60,263 bases of DNA from Ruminococcus sp. (lineage in GTDB: Bacteria > Bacillota > Clostridia > Oscillospirales > Ruminococcaceae): NCBI GenBank assembly GCA_017513795.1, contig JAFXEJ010000102.1:1-60263 (forward strand), in the 5' to 3' direction. The position numbers and the translations under genes are program-made. This document shows positions 57,116 through 60,263 of this stretch, one piece after another (the first letter of the stretch is position 1; every line of letters begins with the position of its first letter). The notes under the pieces were generated by a model. The model had not been told where the DNA came from, made no database searches, and saw nothing but the letters and a program-made list of their open reading frames with translations.

Positions 57116-57853
57116 ATGAAAATAATAGCTCCGGCGGCAGCGATAGCAACAGCAGCCCTGATTCCGTGTACAGCGGTATATTCCGCTGATACGACAAAAA
57201 TCGGATACGGTCAGGGAACAGCAGTCGATTCAAAGAATCGTCCTGTCGATGCAGCCGCATTCAACAGCCGATACGGCGACCTCGATGCCTTCGCCCTGTC
57301 GGAAGATGATAAACGAATTATCATTACCTTTGATCAGGGCTATGAAAACGGATATACCGAAAAAATTCTTGATACGCTGAAAGAAAAGAACGTTACGGCG
57401 ATATTTTTTCTGACGGGAGATTATGCTAAAAATGAAGCTGATCTCGTCAGACGAATGATAAATGAGGGACACATCCTCGGAAATCATGGAATGACTCATG
57501 CAAGTCTGCCGACGCTTTCTCAGGCAGAGGCTGAAAAAGAAATAATGTCGCTGCATGAATTCGTTATGAATAACTACGGATATCAGATGCAGTATTTCCG
57601 CTGTCCTTGCGGAGAGTATTCTGAACAGTCGCTTGAAACTGTTCAGAAATGCGGATATAAGACGCTTTTCTGGAGCTTTGCTTATGTGGACTGGAAAACT
57701 GACAGTCAGCCTGACCCGGCGGAGGGATTAAAAAAGCTCACAGAATCTGCTCACGGAGGAGAAATTCTTCTTCTTCACTCTGTTTCTTCAACAAACGCTG
57801 AAATTCTCGGCGAAGTTATCGACGAATTCAGAGCAAAGGGATATATGGTATAA
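57116..57853 (+). CDS. pdaA: Polysaccharide deacetylase, PdaA-like (spore cortex)
   Basis: TFDQGYENGYT, GNH..TH, FR.P.G.YS, WSFAY.DW, LLLHSVS. Confidence 0.85.
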   Translation: MKIIAPAAAIATAALIPCTAVYSADTTKIGYGQGTAVDSKNRPVDAAAFNSRYGDLDAFALSEDDKRIIITFDQGYENGYTEKILDTLKEKNVTAIFFLTGDYAKNEADLVRRMINEGHILGNHGMTHASLPTLSQAEAEKEIMSLHEFVMNNYGYQMQYFRCPCGEYSEQSLETVQKCGYKTLFWSFAYVDWKTDSQPDPAEGLKKLTESAHGGEILLLHSVSSTNAEILGEVIDEFRAKGYMV

Positions 57854-57857
57854 AGAA

Positions 57858-57895
57858 GGACTGCATCTCATAACGAGATGCAGTCCGTATTTTTT
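57858..57895 (+). terminator. Terminator after pdaA
   Basis: GGACTGCATCTC-loop-GAGATGCAGTCC then T run. Confidence 0.8.
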
Positions 57896-57906
57896 ATGTC
57901 GTATTG

Positions 57907-57959
57907 TTTAAGGAAAGGAGTTTGAGGAAACCCTTTTTCAAAAGGGTTTTCCTCAATAA
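57907..57959 (+). repeat. Half copy (right arm) of the large palindromic repeat
   Basis: AGGAAAGGAGTTTGAGGAAACCCTTTTTCAAAAGGGTTTTCCTCAATAA matches the right end of copies 1 and 3. Confidence 0.85.
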
Positions 57960-58016
57960 ATATATATAAAAATTTCTATATGAACCTTAAATTAAAATGA
58001 ATAACCCCAATATTCA

Positions 58017-58232
58017 TTATATTTCGTCCATAGTTACGGTATTACTTGTTGAAGAATTTTTTTCATGCTGCTGAGATTCTATTCTTGCCTCAATAGCTTT
58101 TTTTTCTTCAATTTCGGAACGTAGTACATTAATATAATCAAGATCTCTGTTTCGTTCCGGAGTTGTTTTCACGCTGGAATAGCCGTAAAATAATTCTAAT
58201 ATCACACGGATAAATCTTGTTATATAATTCAT
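58017..58232 (-). CDS. Possible small hypothetical protein (71 aa)
   Basis: ORF downstream of SPFH gene; no clear RBS. Confidence 0.35.
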   Translation of the reverse strand: MNYITRFIRVILELFYGYSSVKTTPERNRDLDYINVLRSEIEEKKAIEARIESQQHEKNSSTSNTVTMDEI

Positions 58233-58392
58233 AAAAATTTCGTTACGGTCGGACGGAGTTTTTCCCCAAAAACTCCGTCAAGTGGTTTGTCGTATGAATC
58301 CCTTTTTTATCACAGACAGATGAGCACATCAAAGACAATCTCTAATATGAAATCTGATGCATTACGCAGTTTTTTATTGATTTTTTTCATAA

Positions 58393-59310
58393 TTATTCCT
58401 CATTTACTGTAGGCGGTGTAACAGTGGACGGAGCAGAATAGCTTTCTTCAAGATCTACGTTGAAAAGAAGTCCGCCCTCGTCGCCGCTTGTAACCTTAGG
58501 CATAACGCCGTTCCACTTCTGAATCTGCTCGTAAGCGATAACCTTTTCTGACAGCGATTCTTCAAGGAGCTTGTTTGCCTTTGCCTGAGCCTCTGCCTCA
58601 GTGAGAGTAGCCTCAGCCTGAGCGTTTGCTGCGATAGTTTTCTTCTTAGCTTCAGCGTTTGCAATTTCGATTGCCTGCTGCTGTTCTGTTTTTGTTTTGA
58701 GAAGATTCTGTTCAGCAACCTGTTTAGCTTCGATAGCACTGTTGAATTCCGCAGAGAAATCAAAGTTTACGATGTTGAACTTTTCGATGTATATACCGTA
58801 TGAATTGAGCTTGCTGTCAAGACTCGCCTTTACTTCCTCGCCGACAGCCGCACGTTCAGTGATAAGCTCCTCAGCGGTATATTTAGCAGTTACGGATTTC
58901 ATACATTCCTGAACAACGGGAGCAATGAGTATAGTCTGATATTCAGCTCCGACTTCCTCATACATTTTCGGGCTGTTGTCTGAAACAAGCTTGTAGTTTA
59001 CAGCGATATTGCTGCTTACTGTCTGGAGGTCCTTTGAAACTGCGGAAGCCGGTGTTTCGTAAACCTGAATCTTGTTTGACATATCCTGAACGTTCTGTAT
59101 GAACGGTATTTTCAGGTGAAAGCCTGCGTCAAGTCCTTTGTCGGATACTTCTCCGAGAGTGAGCACAACGCCTGTATTTCCGGCTGGAACGATCGTGAAG
59201 GAATTTACAGCGACAAGAAGTGCAGCTGCTCCGATAACGAGCCATTTTACGCCCTTGAATTCTTTTTTAGCTGAGCCGTTTTTGTTGATTTCTCTGATGT
59301 TGACTGCCAT
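58393..59310 (-). CDS. SPFH/prohibitin family membrane protein
   Basis: TM then V..G..GVV, G.H.KIPFIQ, SKDLQ, FS.EF..AIE.KQ.A.Q, KWNG.MP. Confidence 0.9.
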   Translation of the reverse strand: MAVNIREINKNGSAKKEFKGVKWLVIGAAALLVAVNSFTIVPAGNTGVVLTLGEVSDKGLDAGFHLKIPFIQNVQDMSNKIQVYETPASAVSKDLQTVSSNIAVNYKLVSDNSPKMYEEVGAEYQTILIAPVVQECMKSVTAKYTAEELITERAAVGEEVKASLDSKLNSYGIYIEKFNIVNFDFSAEFNSAIEAKQVAEQNLLKTKTEQQQAIEIANAEAKKKTIAANAQAEATLTEAEAQAKANKLLEESLSEKVIAYEQIQKWNGVMPKVTSGDEGGLLFNVDLEESYSAPSTVTPPTVNEE

Positions 59311-59312
59311 TT

Positions 59313-59885
59313 TTATTCTCCTTTAACTGATTCCGGCAAGTTTTTTTCCATTTCCGCCTTAAAAAATCCGCTTATATAAGCCAGTACCATTACATACACT
59401 GCCTGACTGAGCTTTACAGGATCGGTTATATATTCGCTGTTGGCAGAGTGTTCATTTTCGATGATTTTTCTTATCTGCGCCGGAGAAAAAGCTCCTTCCT
59501 CCTCAGCGGTGAAAATGATTCTGCACAGCATATTATACAGATTTATATCGGAGATAATATCGTCGGCGGTATCCTCGACATCTCCGTTTACAAAGCACAT
59601 AAGCCTTGCGATATCGTCAAGCTTCATGGCACTTCGCAGCATATTGATAAGCAGGATGCGCACTACCTGTTTTTCAGAATACTTTTTGCTTTTAGCGGAT
59701 GATACCCATCCACGTTTTATCCAGTTCTGGATAGTAGTTCCTTCAAGACCGGTGAGCGTTGAAAGCTGAGAGAGTGTAAGTCCTCCGGTAGCTTCAAGAA
59801 CCGGTGAAACAAGTGAAAAAGCGTTTTCTTTAGCGGCGGCTGAGAATTTCAGCGTGGTGCCTGGGATTATCTGATACATGGTCAT
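59313..59885 (-). CDS. DUF1836 domain protein (MerR-like HTH)
   Basis: GL....IQNWIKRG......KKYS..Q.......N.L. Confidence 0.8.
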   Translation of the reverse strand: MTMYQIIPGTTLKFSAAAKENAFSLVSPVLEATGGLTLSQLSTLTGLEGTTIQNWIKRGWVSSAKSKKYSEKQVVRILLINMLRSAMKLDDIARLMCFVNGDVEDTADDIISDINLYNMLCRIIFTAEEEGAFSPAQIRKIIENEHSANSEYITDPVKLSQAVYVMVLAYISGFFKAEMEKNLPESVKGE

Positions 59886-59909
59886 TAACTCCTTTCTGAC
59901 GATGATATG

Positions 59910-59938
59910 ATTATATCACAAGTTCAGACGAACCGCAA
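59910..59938 (-). promoter_or_regulatory. sigmaA-type promoter of DUF1836-SPFH unit
   Basis: TTGCGG-17-TATAAT with TG extension. Confidence 0.6.
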
Positions 59939-60061
59939 GAGTAGTTCTCTGACGTTTCAGCTTGTTTTTTGGTGTTTTTTTGAATTTATCATTATATTTC
60001 TTTGATTTTCTTAGAATTTCACAGTTTTTCATAAAAAATTAAATACGGGTTCGGGGATAAT

Positions 60062-60090
60062 AAAAATCCCCTGTGAAAACCACAGGGGAT
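60062..60090 (-). terminator. Terminator-like hairpin
   Basis: ATCCCCTGTG-loop-CACAGGGGAT with T run on minus strand. Confidence 0.7.
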
Positions 60091-60091
60091 A

Positions 60092-60186
60092 CAGACTGTA
60101 GAAAAAGCCATATATTAACGGGACGTCGAGGACGCCGTCCCCTACAGATTGGTTATTTCACATATAAAATGTAGGGACGACCATTG
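60092..60186. mobile_element. Second IS1182-like-ended REP-carrying element, interrupted at 60187
   Basis: Starts CAGACTGTAGAAAAA after a terminator; REP 60119-60145 (-); 60134-60186 aligns with 41077-41130. Confidence 0.6.
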
Positions 60187-60263
60187 TGTCAAGAGTAACA
60201 TGGTAAACACATGGTGTAAGGACATGGTATACAACTAAAGTCTTGAAATTTTACGATTAATCA
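60187..60263. mobile_element. Probable end of an insertion sequence (IS481-like TGT terminus) inserted in a REP loop; truncated by window
   Basis: REP GTAGGGACGACCATTG breaks off; TGTCAAG follows with ACATGGT at 60198, 60209 and 60222. Confidence 0.5.

Overview
Core-genome chromosomal window from a cellulosome-producing, spore-gene-bearing Ruminococcus-like Firmicute (inferred from dockerin proteins, a sortase-anchored Thr-rich protein and sporulation genes). It carries housekeeping genes (ttcA, galE, ung, metF, hup, mazG, trpS, nadBC, ferredoxin, rny, metG, tadA, tRNA-Leu(GAG), lgt, folD, rpoBC, an ABC-F ATPase), sporulation genes (spoVB-like, yqfCD, ylbJ-like, spoIIID, pdaA-like), two dockerin enzymes and a SCIFF/ranthipeptide pair. 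No CRISPR array, prophage or complete transposase is visible. The most unusual signal is intergenic. (1) Three ~300-bp imperfect hairpins start at stop codons; their arms co-vary within each copy and the central loop is inverted between copies. (2) GTAG-type REP palindromes sit inside small IS-end-bounded elements at terminators and are themselves interrupted by further elements. (3) Two consensus promoters face each other at rpoB. (4) A 6S-like RNA candidate lies upstream of rny. (5) RpoC has a 52-aa Cys4 insertion. (6) A 17-bp intergenic motif recurs. All product calls come from motif recognition without database searches.
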